DNA from: Limnochordia bacterium
GTDB lineage: Bacteria; Bacillota; Limnochordia; DTU080
Direction: 5' to 3'
Assembly (NCBI GenBank): GCA_050951545.1
Contig: JBMNJG010000012.1
Span: 160,001-224,000 of the forward strand
Length of the DNA stretch: 64,000 nucleotides
The first letter of the stretch is position 1; each line of letters opens with the position of its first letter. Below the pieces are notes generated by a model that worked only from the letters and a program-made list of their open reading frames with translations, searched no databases and was not told where the DNA came from. Shown piece by piece: positions 29,814-38,330 of the stretch. Made by a program: the position numbers and the translations under genes.

Positions 29814-30778
29814 ATCGTCTGAGTGGGAAAAGGCCGCCACTACCGTCCGGTTATGTACTGCCCGGTAGCCCCAGAAGGGCCACCAAGGCGGGAGAGTGTG
29901 CCCTTAGGCGGTGAAACGAGCCCTTCGGGCGGTCAAAATGAGCAAAAAGGGCTTCGCGAAGACCGCATCGCTAGGTTCTTACCACGTACACTGGCCCCGG
30001 GGGTTAATGAGGCGGCTCTTTTGCCATGACGGTTGGATTCTTGGCCCCGACTCACATACCAATCCGGCTGGTGTCCGACTACCGAGCCTGTTTCGCGAGC
30101 GCGTCCATTCCTCTCCAAATGCACCGACGAGAACTGAAGGGTCGGTCCGCAGAGGGACCCGAGCGAGCCCGCCGTGATCGCGCACTGGAGAGCTGACCCA
30201 ATCGTCTGAGTGGGAAAAGGCCGCCACTACCGTTCGGTTATGTGCTGCCGGTAGCCCCAGAAGGGCCGCTGAGACGGGAAAGCGTGCTCTTGGGCGGGGA
30301 AATGAGCCCTTCGGGCGATCAAAATGAGCAAAAAGGGCTTCGCGAAGTCCGCATCGCTGCACTTTTACCACGTACATTGGGCCCGGGGGCTAATGAGGCG
30401 GCTCTTTTGCCATGGCGGTTGGATTCTTGGCCCCGACTCACGTACCGATCCGGTTGCATCTGTCCGACTACCGAGCCAGTCTCGCGAGCGTGTGCATGAT
30501 GTCCGTCCACCCTTTTCGAAACACACCGACCGGGATAACAGTGAAGGTGGGTCCGCAGAGGGATCCAAGCGAGCCCGCTGTGATCGCGCACTGGAGAGCT
30601 GATCCAATCGTCTGAGTGGGAAAAGGCCGTCACTACCGTTCGGTTATGTGCTGCCCGGTAGCCCCAGAAGGGCCGCCAAGGCGGGAAAGTGTGCCCTTAG
30701 GCGGTGAAACGAGCCCTTCGGGCGGTCAAAATGAGCAAAAAGGGCTTCGCGAAGACCGCATCGCTAGGTTCTTACCAC
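29814..30778. repeat. Tandem repeat, ~2.4 copies of a 387-406 bp unit
   Basis: Units start atcgtctgagtgggaaaaggcc at 29814, 30201 and 30607; the third copy stops after 172 bp and differs from copy 1 at 5 positions by my count. Confidence 0.97.
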
Positions 30779-30842
30779 TAACCCAAGCGAACGCAGGGAG
30801 ACTACCGCAGTTTTTTGCGTGGCCCCATTTTACTCAGTTGGC

Positions 30843-30872
30843 TTGACACGAACGGCGAGATCACCGTATAAT
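30843..30872 (+). promoter_or_regulatory. Consensus sigma-A promoter of tRNA-Pro
   Basis: TTGACA (30843-30848), 18 nt, TATAAT (30867-30872). Confidence 0.85.
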
Positions 30873-30889
30873 TATGTTTGTCTGAGCGA

Positions 30890-30967
30890 CGGGGTGTGGC
30901 TCAGTTTGGCTAGAGCGCTGCGTTCGGGACGCAGAGGCCGGAGGTTCAAATCCTCTCACCCCGACCA
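30890..30967 (+). tRNA. tRNA-Pro (CGG)
   Basis: Cloverleaf with acceptor cggggtg/caccccg, anticodon arm ctgcg-ttCGGga-cgcag, GGTTCAAATCC T-arm and encoded CCA. Confidence 0.97.
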
Positions 30968-30969
30968 GT

Positions 30970-31013
30970 CAGAAGCACCCATCAGAGGTTTCCGGTGGGT
31001 GCTTCTGGTTTTA
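30970..31013 (+). terminator. Intrinsic terminator after tRNA-Pro (likely bidirectional)
   Basis: Stem cagaagcaccc / gggtgcttctg followed by gttttat. Confidence 0.75.
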
Positions 31014-31020
31014 TCCCTTC

Positions 31021-31242
31021 TTACGAGTGTTCGTTGGGCTTGCTTTGGCGCTGAGACTGCCTCTTTCGTGCTTGCTGAGCGGCCTTTTGGTTACTCTCCG
31101 TCTCTCCTAGTGGTTCTGAAGTCTCCCAACTGGTTCTGCTCTCCGGGTACGGTTGCAGTTCTTTGGCTGTCTCGAACTGATTGCTTTCCTGAGTGCGTCC
31201 CGGTTTGCGTTGGACGCTCTTCGGCATCTTCCTTTTGGGCAT
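31021..31242 (-). CDS. Small hydrophilic protein, probable small spore protein (SASP-like)
   Basis: AAAGGGGGG RBS; 73 aa rich in Q/E/K/S; QFETAKEL and WETSEPL resemble SASP cleavage motifs; SigG-like promoter upstream. Confidence 0.6.
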   Translation of the reverse strand: MPKRKMPKSVQRKPGRTQESNQFETAKELQPYPESRTSWETSEPLGETESNQKAAQQARKRQSQRQSKPNEHS

Positions 31243-31274
31243 GCCTACTGTCCCCCCTTTTTCTCGCGCGACGC

Positions 31275-31304
31275 TAGTATGGCAATCGCCGGGGGTGAGA
31301 ATAC
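31275..31304 (-). promoter_or_regulatory. Probable SigG-type promoter
   Basis: GTATT (31304-31300), 18 nt, CATACTA (31281-31275); SigG consensus is GHATR-17/18-CATWHTA. Confidence 0.55.
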
Positions 31305-31344
31305 GGGTCTGAATCAGGTAGAGGAAACTTGTTGTGGCAACCTG

Positions 31345-32139
31345 TCAAAGATTGCATGGAGGTGTGTCCGACGCTTCCATGGCCTCAACCGCATCTACCA
31401 GCTTCGAGATCACCACTGAGTTGGAGGGCGGTGTCTTGCGAGGTACGCCCGCTGTACCTGTAATCTCTGCCAAGAAGGGGCGGTTATTGCGCCATGCAGC
31501 GCGGATACCGTGACGAATGGCAGCCTCTACGCCGTTGGCGGTTGTGTTGTATTTTCCGGCTACGGATGGGTACAGCTCGGTGGTGAGAGATCCACTCAAG
31601 ACAGCTGGCTGACGCAACGCCCAGGCCACCGCTTCGCGGAGATAATTGTACCCCTTGAAATGCGAGGGGACTCCCATTTCATGCAACAGGTCCGTGATGC
31701 GATTCTCGTGAACGAATGCAGAAGACCTGGAGCGGCTTTGGCGAGCCGCGGGGATCACGTGGTCTTGTGTGGGTGCCACAAACTGGCGCATCCGCTCGGT
31801 TAGCAGATCCAGATCAAAGGGCTTCACTATGAAGTAACGAGCGCCAAGCTCAGTCAATCTTTGGGCCACATCGTCATGACCCAGGGCGGTGAGTACCACG
31901 ACGCACGGTTTCTCCACTACACCTCTGGTGTTCAGTCGCTCTAGAACGGCCAACCCATCCAGACGAGGCATCGTGATGTCAAGCAACAGCACATCTGGGC
32001 GCCAGCGGTCCAACGCCTCCAAGGCCTGCTCGCCGTCGCCTGCTATACCGACCACCTGCATGTCTGGTTGAGCATCAATGTGTTCTCTCAGGGTGTGGCA
32101 GAGCTGAGTGTTATCATCAGCAAGGACCACTCTAATCAT
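31345..32139 (-). CDS. Spo0A-family response regulator (divergent DNA-recognition helix)
   Basis: Receiver ADDN..LLDITMP..VKPFD; effector ITDLLHEMGVPSHFKGYNYLREAV..LYPSVAGKYNTT. Confidence 0.9.
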   Translation of the reverse strand: MIRVVLADDNTQLCHTLREHIDAQPDMQVVGIAGDGEQALEALDRWRPDVLLLDITMPRLDGLAVLERLNTRGVVEKPCVVVLTALGHDDVAQRLTELGARYFIVKPFDLDLLTERMRQFVAPTQDHVIPAARQSRSRSSAFVHENRITDLLHEMGVPSHFKGYNYLREAVAWALRQPAVLSGSLTTELYPSVAGKYNTTANGVEAAIRHGIRAAWRNNRPFLAEITGTAGVPRKTPPSNSVVISKLVDAVEAMEASDTPPCNL

Positions 32140-32164
32140 GGGTGTCCTCTTCTTCCTGCGTTAC

Positions 32165-32857
32165 CTACTCATCGCGGCTGGCACCGCGTAGAATCAACAG
32201 GCGAATCAGCTGGCTGATGGCCACTGCAACTGCAGCCACATAGGTCAAAGCCGCTGCCTGTAACACCGCTCTGACGCCGCTTGCTTCATTACCTTGTACA
32301 TATCCCCCATCGGCCAGAAGTCGCATCGCTCTAGAACTCGCGTTAAACTCTACAGGTAGCGTGATCAACTGAAACGCCAAGGCGCCGATGAAAAGCCAGA
32401 TACCAAGGGTCAATAGCCCTGTTGCCCCTGTGATCAATCCCAGCAAAACCAAGGGAAAGGCAGCGTTCGATCCAAAGGCTGCTACAGGATATATGCCATT
32501 GCGTACCTGCAGCGGCATGTAGTGCTGCTGATGCTGTAGCGCGTGCCCTGTCTCATGGGCCGCCACACCGATAGCAGCGAGTGATGTGCCAGAATACACC
32601 TCTGGCGACAAGCGCATCCGTCTTTGACGTGGGTCATAGTGATCGCCCAGGTGGTGGCGAATTGGTTCGACAGGTACGTCATGTAGACCCGCAGCGTTGA
32701 GCAGGCTCCTCGCCACCTGGGCTCCGGTTAGGCCGCGCGTCGATGGTACCCGGCTGTAGCGACCAAACGTCGCTTTTACCCGCAGTTGTGCCCACATGGC
32801 CAGCAACATGGCAGGAATCAGAACCATAACGGTTGGATCATAGTAGGGCCAGAACAT
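32165..32857 (-). CDS. YugP-like membrane zinc metallopeptidase
   Basis: LGDHYDP, AAHETGHALQH, TLPVEFNASSRA, AAALTYVA. Confidence 0.93.
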   Translation of the reverse strand: MFWPYYDPTVMVLIPAMLLAMWAQLRVKATFGRYSRVPSTRGLTGAQVARSLLNAAGLHDVPVEPIRHHLGDHYDPRQRRMRLSPEVYSGTSLAAIGVAAHETGHALQHQQHYMPLQVRNGIYPVAAFGSNAAFPLVLLGLITGATGLLTLGIWLFIGALAFQLITLPVEFNASSRAMRLLADGGYVQGNEASGVRAVLQAAALTYVAAVAVAISQLIRLLILRGASRDE

Positions 32858-32976
32858 GATAGGAATAACCTCCCCACAAACTGATGTAATGCTGTTCGGG
32901 CATGTCGGCGGCCTCGACTTTCGCCCGTAGTTGGCCGTCGACACGCGTACTCCCGAGACCATATGGGAGAAAAGCC

Positions 32977-33915
32977 TCAGGTGCGGCCCTGGAAACACGT
33001 GGCGGTTGTCACTCGGTAACCCCGGGCGAATGAAGAAGCAAGCATCCGTTTGCTGTTTTCCGGCTGCAGCTCTTGTACCAATAGTGTACCACGGCCGCAA
33101 GCTACCTCAAGGCCCTCGTCAGAGACGGCGATTACGCAGCCAGGAGACGATTTCACCGAGAAAGACCCAGTGACAGCTCGCCATATTTTGACACGACGGC
33201 CGTCTAACACGGTGAACGCACCTGGCCAAGGTGAGAAGGCCCTCACCTGGTTGGCCACAGTGGCGCTATCCAGGTTCCAGTCCACGCTTCCATCCTCGCG
33301 CTTCAAGCGTTTGGTCACCGAAGCGAGTGAGTGGTCTTGCGGTCGTCGCAAGACGGTTCCAGCGATGACCTGCTGCAGAGTCTCCACAAGGAGACCCGCC
33401 CCTATTGACGCCAAGCGATCGTGCAGTGAACCTGCATCGTCTTCATCGCCGATGGGCGTCGCGACCTGGGCAATTACGTCGCCCGTATCCATTCCTTCAT
33501 CGAGGTACATCGTCGTGACGCCTGTCTCGGCTACCCCATCAAGGATGGCCTGCTGAATGGGACTCGCACCACGGTACAGGGGTAGTAACGACGGATGAAC
33601 GTTGATGCATCCTCTCGGAGGCAAGTTGAGCAAGGCCTTTGGGAGAAACTGCCCAAAGGCGACAACAACAATGGCATCCGGCCTCATCTCGGAGATCGCT
33701 GTCACGCATCGCGAATCGCTGAGGCGCTGCGGCTGTAGAATGGGCAGGCCTAACTCCAGAGCCTTCTCCTTGACCGGAGGTGGGCTGACACGCATGCCAC
33801 GTCCTTGAGGACGGTCAGGTTGGGTGACCACAGCCAAAACCGCAAAGCCCGCCTCTACAATGGCCGCAAGGCTTGGGACAGCAAACTCCGGGGTGCCCAT
33901 AAACACCAGGCGCAT
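32977..33915 (-). CDS. fmt: Methionyl-tRNA formyltransferase
   Basis: MRLVFMGTPEFAVPSL, VTQPDRP, NVHPSLLPLYRGASP. Confidence 0.97.
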   Translation of the reverse strand: MRLVFMGTPEFAVPSLAAIVEAGFAVLAVVTQPDRPQGRGMRVSPPPVKEKALELGLPILQPQRLSDSRCVTAISEMRPDAIVVVAFGQFLPKALLNLPPRGCINVHPSLLPLYRGASPIQQAILDGVAETGVTTMYLDEGMDTGDVIAQVATPIGDEDDAGSLHDRLASIGAGLLVETLQQVIAGTVLRRPQDHSLASVTKRLKREDGSVDWNLDSATVANQVRAFSPWPGAFTVLDGRRVKIWRAVTGSFSVKSSPGCVIAVSDEGLEVACGRGTLLVQELQPENSKRMLASSFARGYRVTTATCFQGRT

Positions 33916-33935
33916 GGCATCACCTTCTATGTCTA

Positions 33936-34388
33936 CTACCCCGACGGGCTGGGCATCATCTTGTCAATGAAGAGAATCCCGTCAAGGTGATCTATCTCAT
34001 GTTGCAGTGCTCGGGCCAGTAATCCAGTTGCCTCGATTCGAGTGGGCCGACCACGAAGATCCAGGGCATTCACCACAATCCAGTCGCTACGGTCCACGTA
34101 GCCCCACACATCAGGAACAGACAGGCAGCCTTCCTTGTCGATCTCTGAGCCCTCCGCCTGTTGTATATGGGGATTAATCAGATGCAATGGGCCGTCGCCT
34201 ACATCAACTACAATCAGGCGTTGAGAGACACCCACCTGGGGAGCAGCCAGGCCTACCCCGTCTGCAGCGTACATAGTCTCTTCCATGTCACGCAGAAACT
34301 TGACTATGCGCTTCGTTACCTTAGGGACTGGCTCTGCCACCAGCCGCAAGACAGGTGCATCAGATAGCTTTATTTCCATCTTCCCCAA
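33936..34388 (-). CDS. def: Peptide deformylase
   Basis: GVGLAAPQVG, EGCLS, QHEIDHLDG. Confidence 0.97.
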   Translation of the reverse strand: MGKMEIKLSDAPVLRLVAEPVPKVTKRIVKFLRDMEETMYAADGVGLAAPQVGVSQRLIVVDVGDGPLHLINPHIQQAEGSEIDKEGCLSVPDVWGYVDRSDWIVVNALDLRGRPTRIEATGLLARALQHEIDHLDGILFIDKMMPSPSG

Positions 34389-34416
34389 TGCACAGCCCTC
34401 CCGTTCGACGACGCTG

Positions 34417-36630
34417 CTAGAGCAGCGAAAAGGGGTCCACGTCGACCACGATGTGGCTTTGGGCGTTTCGGGACTCCTTCACAGCACAGCGGGCGGCCTC
34501 TAGCACGAGAGGCTGGGCCCCCTTAAGTAGGATATGCCAACGGAAGCGATTCTTCAAGCGGCTCAAGGGCGCTGGAGCTGGTCCGATCACCTCGATACCC
34601 TCGCTTGCGCATACACGAGAGATAAGTGCGGCTTCGCGAATAGCGTCTTGTTCGTCCTCCGAGGTGATCAGGATGCGTACTAGGGATGTTAGGGGCGGAT
34701 AGGCGACTCGGCGTCTATAGGCCAGCTCTTGCGCGAAGAAGGTCTCGTAGTCATGTGTTTGGGCCGCGCGGATGCTGTAGTGCTCGGGTGAATAGGTCTG
34801 AATGACCACACGGCCCGGTTCGCTTCCCCGTCCTGCCCGTCCCGCCACCTGAGTGAGCAGCTGAAAGGTACGTTCTGCGGCGCGAAAATCAGGGAAATGT
34901 AGCGAGGTGTCTGCGCTCATCACCCCCACGAGCGTGACTCCTGGAAAGTGCAGGCCTTTGGCTATCATCTGGGTTCCTACAAGCACATCGGCTTGACCGC
35001 GCGAAAAGGCCCTCCAGATAGCCTCATGAGCTCCTTTGCGACTAGTGGTGTCCACATCCATGCGAAGGGTTCTGGCATTGGGAAACAGGCGACACACTTC
35101 TTGCTCTACCCGTTGAGTGCCAGCCCCGAACGGCCGAAGATAGGGGCTGCTGCAATTCGGACACTGGGGCATGAGCCTTCGGGTTGACCCGCAGTAGTGA
35201 CATGTAAGCGTTTGTGGTTCGTGGAAAGTAAGCGAAACCTCACAGTGATCGCACTTCACAGTGGCCCCACACTCGCGGCATAGCACAAAGGAGGCATACC
35301 CGCGCCGGTTGAGAAACAGCAGGGCCTGTTCGTGCCGAGCCAAACAAGCATGCAGCTCCATCTGTAATTCTCGGCTGAACATAGTCCGGTTTCCAGCAAG
35401 TAGCTCTTCCCGCATGTCCACGATGCTGACCTGAGGCAGCGGTTTGTTCTCCACACGATGGGGGAGTCGTAGCAGTTCATACTCGCCGCTTAGAGCTGCA
35501 GAAAACGACTCCAGGCTCGGTGTAGCACTGCCCAAGATCAGCAAACCGCCTTCATGCTCCACTCGTGCCTGAGCAACATCTCGGGCGTGATAGCGTGGCC
35601 CCTCCTCTTGCTTGTAGGCGCCTTCCTGCTCCTCGTCGATTACGATCAGGCCTAGATTGGAGACGGGAGCAAACACCGCGGAGCGAGCACCCAGTACAAC
35701 CTGAGCCCGGCCGTCAGCCGCGGCGTGCCATTGCTCGGCGCGCTCGCTTATGGATAGTCGACTGTGTAACACGGCTACCCGGTCACCAAACCAACCCTTG
35801 AACGCGGCTATCGCCTGAGGTGTCAGGCTGATCTCGGGAACAAGGACTATGGCTGATTTCCTTTGCTCTAGTGCTGCGGCGATGGAGTGAAGATATACAA
35901 GGGTTTTCCCGCTTCCCGTGACTCCAAAGAGCACGAATTGGCCGCTTCCGACAGCCAACGCCTCATTGAGTCGAGTCAGTGCCTTGGCTTGTCCAGGACT
36001 AAGAGGATGATCTTGCTTGCGCCACGTACGCCCCGCCCAGATATCACGCTGTACAAGACGACTTGTCCGTCGGACGAACCCCTTGTCAACAAGGGCTGAT
36101 AGCGCAGACGGGGATAGCCCGGCGCCCGCAACTTCCTTGGCAGTTGCAGTTCCCCCACGGGCGGCGAGCCATTGATACGCTTCGGTCTGCCGCGGCGCTC
36201 GCGCCAGAGCCTCAACCACACCTCGAGCGTCGTCGGCTAATGGTGTGAGGCCGTATACGTTTTGGCGCAAGACGGTGGCGCGGGTTGAGCTGCGCAGAGC
36301 GGTGCCTGGCGGTAGCCAGCATTGGAGTGCTTGTGCCAACACGCACAAATAGCGTTGGCTCATCCATTCAGCAAGTCTCATACGCGCTGCTGATAGAAGA
36401 GGCTTCTCGTCAAGCAATTTGGCTATTGGCTTGAGGTCGGGAATGGTGCTTGTGGCTGGGTAGCGCACCACATATCCTTCCACGTGACGCCCGCCAAAAG
36501 GTACAAGCACGCGGTGCCCCGGTTTCAGAGTGCTGACAAACTCTACCGGGACAGCGTAATCAAAGAGTCGGTCAACATCACGAATGCGCACGTCTACTAC
36601 GACCTGCGCTACAGATGCAGTCACTGGCAA
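34417..36630 (-). CDS. priA: Primosomal protein N'
   Basis: GVTGSGKT, LVPEISLTPQ, DEEQE, four CxxC pairs, QVAGRAGR. Confidence 0.97.
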   Translation of the reverse strand: MPVTASVAQVVVDVRIRDVDRLFDYAVPVEFVSTLKPGHRVLVPFGGRHVEGYVVRYPATSTIPDLKPIAKLLDEKPLLSAARMRLAEWMSQRYLCVLAQALQCWLPPGTALRSSTRATVLRQNVYGLTPLADDARGVVEALARAPRQTEAYQWLAARGGTATAKEVAGAGLSPSALSALVDKGFVRRTSRLVQRDIWAGRTWRKQDHPLSPGQAKALTRLNEALAVGSGQFVLFGVTGSGKTLVYLHSIAAALEQRKSAIVLVPEISLTPQAIAAFKGWFGDRVAVLHSRLSISERAEQWHAAADGRAQVVLGARSAVFAPVSNLGLIVIDEEQEGAYKQEEGPRYHARDVAQARVEHEGGLLILGSATPSLESFSAALSGEYELLRLPHRVENKPLPQVSIVDMREELLAGNRTMFSRELQMELHACLARHEQALLFLNRRGYASFVLCRECGATVKCDHCEVSLTFHEPQTLTCHYCGSTRRLMPQCPNCSSPYLRPFGAGTQRVEQEVCRLFPNARTLRMDVDTTSRKGAHEAIWRAFSRGQADVLVGTQMIAKGLHFPGVTLVGVMSADTSLHFPDFRAAERTFQLLTQVAGRAGRGSEPGRVVIQTYSPEHYSIRAAQTHDYETFFAQELAYRRRVAYPPLTSLVRILITSEDEQDAIREAALISRVCASEGIEVIGPAPAPLSRLKNRFRWHILLKGAQPLVLEAARCAVKESRNAQSHIVVDVDPFSLL

Positions 36631-36687
36631 CGCTCCCTAGCCTCTTTTCCTATTCCCTCTTCTGGTAGGGAGACGCTTCTCCTGGGT

Positions 36688-36903
36688 CTATCGAACGGGA
36701 CCGCTGCCGCGCGTGCGCTCCCACCCTACCCTATCTTGGGCGATCTCGTTCAGTGCAATGGTCACTGGTCTGTCTGACCCGCAGTTGACCAAAGGCTTGG
36801 CACCCTCAAGAAGCTGGCGCGCCCGCTTGGCGGCAAATGCTACGAGAGTGTAACGGCTATCTACTCTTTCGCGTAGCTGATCCATCGATGGTTGGTTCAT
36901 CAT
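36688..36903 (-). CDS. rpoZ: RNA polymerase omega subunit
   Basis: SRYTLVAFAAKRARQL...PVTIALNEI. Confidence 0.95.
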   Translation of the reverse strand: MMNQPSMDQLRERVDSRYTLVAFAAKRARQLLEGAKPLVNCGSDRPVTIALNEIAQDRVGWERTRGSGPVR

Positions 36904-37505
36904 AGGCTTTCCCCCCCTTTTCCGAAACCGCCTCGGCTGACGCGCAGACTCTCCGCCCGAATAATGGCTCTGAGATCCTGCACCGCCTCATTGAGGTCGG
37001 CGTTAACAATCCAATAATCGTAGTCGACCACGCTGTGCATCTCTTCTTCGGCTCTGGCCATGCGCGATGCAATTGCTTCTGGGGGATCGGCAGCACGTCG
37101 GACAATTCTCTTGCGCAGTTCATCGAGCGAAGGCGGCATAAGAAAGACAAAAACGCCCTCAGGCACGGTTTGGCGCAGCTGCTGTGCGCCTTGGATATCG
37201 ATGTCGCTGATCACTACCATTCCCTGGGCCAGCATCTCCTCCACGAAGGCGCGGGGCGTACCGTACAAGTTGCCGCAGTAATCTGCCCACTCCAAGAGGC
37301 CATCGTTTTGTATAAGATCGCGGAACTCTTCTGCGCTGAGAAAGTAGTAATCCACCCCGTGTTTCTCACCAGGCCGAGGCGGCCGCGTAGTGGCTGAAAC
37401 GGAGTAGATCATGCCTGGTATCTTTCCCAATACAGCCCCGAGTAACGTATCCTTACCAACGGATGACGGCCCGCTAAGCACAACCAAGAAACCCTGCCTA
37501 CTCAT
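36900..37505 (-). CDS. gmk: Guanylate kinase
   Basis: LSGPSSVGK, SATTRPPRPGE..GVDYYF, YGTP. Confidence 0.96.
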   Translation of the reverse strand: MSRQGFLVVLSGPSSVGKDTLLGAVLGKIPGMIYSVSATTRPPRPGEKHGVDYYFLSAEEFRDLIQNDGLLEWADYCGNLYGTPRAFVEEMLAQGMVVISDIDIQGAQQLRQTVPEGVFVFLMPPSLDELRKRIVRRAADPPEAIASRMARAEEEMHSVVDYDYWIVNADLNEAVQDLRAIIRAESLRVSRGGFGKGGESL

Positions 37506-37522
37506 ACTGCGCCTCCTGGGAG

Positions 37523-37789
37523 TCACAAGATGGTCTCCGAAGCACCATCGCGTGCAGACAGGCGATGCGCTACAGTCTCAGGCAGCACAGCCGAGAGAAT
37601 CACATGTTCAGAGTCACATATGATAACTGCCCGTGTGCGCCGACCGTACGTGGCATCAATCAGCATGCCGCGTTCGCGGGCATCTTGCACGATGCGTTTG
37701 ATCGGTGCAGACTCGGGACTCACGATGACGACAATGCGATTCGCGGCGATAATATTCCCAAACCCGATGTTGATCATTTTGATCTGCAT
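37523..37789 (-). CDS. remA: RemA/DUF370 family regulator
   Basis: [29 protein letters not shown]. Confidence 0.93.
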   Translation of the reverse strand: MQIKMINIGFGNIIAANRIVVIVSPESAPIKRIVQDARERGMLIDATYGRRTRAVIICDSEHVILSAVLPETVAHRLSARDGASETIL

Positions 37790-37841
37790 GCCGAAAGAAC
37801 GGTCTCCTCCCACGAAAGCCGCTAAAATGCTTGTTTCTGAA

Positions 37842-37883
37842 ACATAGGCGCCCCTAAGTGTACGGGCATCTGGGCGCCTATGT
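37842..37883 (-). terminator. Hairpin after mIHF
   Basis: 12-bp inverted repeat acataggcgccc/gggcgcctatgt with only a short U-run. Confidence 0.4.
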
Positions 37884-37906
37884 AGATGCGTGACGCCACT
37901 GCTAAC

Positions 37907-38212
37907 TCAGAACTTCTCCAAGAGAGCGTCGATCTGTCTCTTCCCTAGCCCCTGCACGCGGCGGCTTTCATGAATGCCAATTTCGCCCATTATTCGGCGA
38001 CTCGTAACCTTGCCTACCTGCGGTAGGGACTGAAGCAGATAGACAACGCGCATTTTCGCTACGACCTCATTCTCGGACTGCGCAAGAACATCTCTCAAAG
38101 AGAGCTTTCCAGACTTTAGGTCTTCGCGAATCGCCGCCCGCTGACTGCGCATGTTCTGGGCTTTCTCCAATGCCCTTCGTTTCTCCTCTACGGTCAACTT
38201 GGGTAGTGCCAT
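37907..38212 (-). CDS. Actinobacterial-type integration host factor (mIHF/sIHF, H2TH fold)
   Basis: MALPKLT.E....ALEKA...R..RA....LKSG...LL.SLP.VGKV....M..I.I..SRRV.GLG. Confidence 0.93.
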   Translation of the reverse strand: MALPKLTVEEKRRALEKAQNMRSQRAAIREDLKSGKLSLRDVLAQSENEVVAKMRVVYLLQSLPQVGKVTSRRIMGEIGIHESRRVQGLGKRQIDALLEKF

Positions 38213-38330
38213 TCCTGGTCACCTCCTTATCGCGTGTATTCCAACGAGGGACTAACCGCATAGGTGCTTGTATTCGTAGCCAGAGAACTGGCGTGACGAA
38301 CGCTCCGCACTATGCGCTACGTGATGGCCA

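Larger units (their letters stand above)
28946..30826 (-). mobile_element. Decayed ISLre2/ISKra4-type insertion sequence carrying internal tandem repeats
   Basis: Flanked by attctactc (28937-28945) and attttactc (30827-30835); imperfect inverted ends gggtgcacac.../...gcgtggcccc; transposase fragments inside. Confidence 0.7.

Noticed and set aside
29911-30602. Repeated ORFs MSKKGFAK... (29911-30177 and 30324-30602) and other ORFs within the array
   Set aside because: No RBS; differences between copies are mostly non-synonymous; a frame-shifting indel gives unrelated C-termini; copy 3 is cut short. One 3-nt indel is in frame, so coding is not strictly excluded.
29814-30778. CRISPR array
   Set aside because: Units are ~390-400 bp and similar along nearly their whole length; there is no short repeat/unique spacer pattern and no cas gene in the window.
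29814-30778. Group II intron remnant
   Set aside because: No convincing domain V (GAGCCG...GAAA...CGGTTC pattern) or GUGYG 5' end at unit boundaries, and no RT gene.
28664-30967. Integrative element or prophage at tRNA-Pro
   Set aside because: No duplicated tRNA end (att site) seen and no catalytic integrase; the boundaries are better explained by the IS target duplication.
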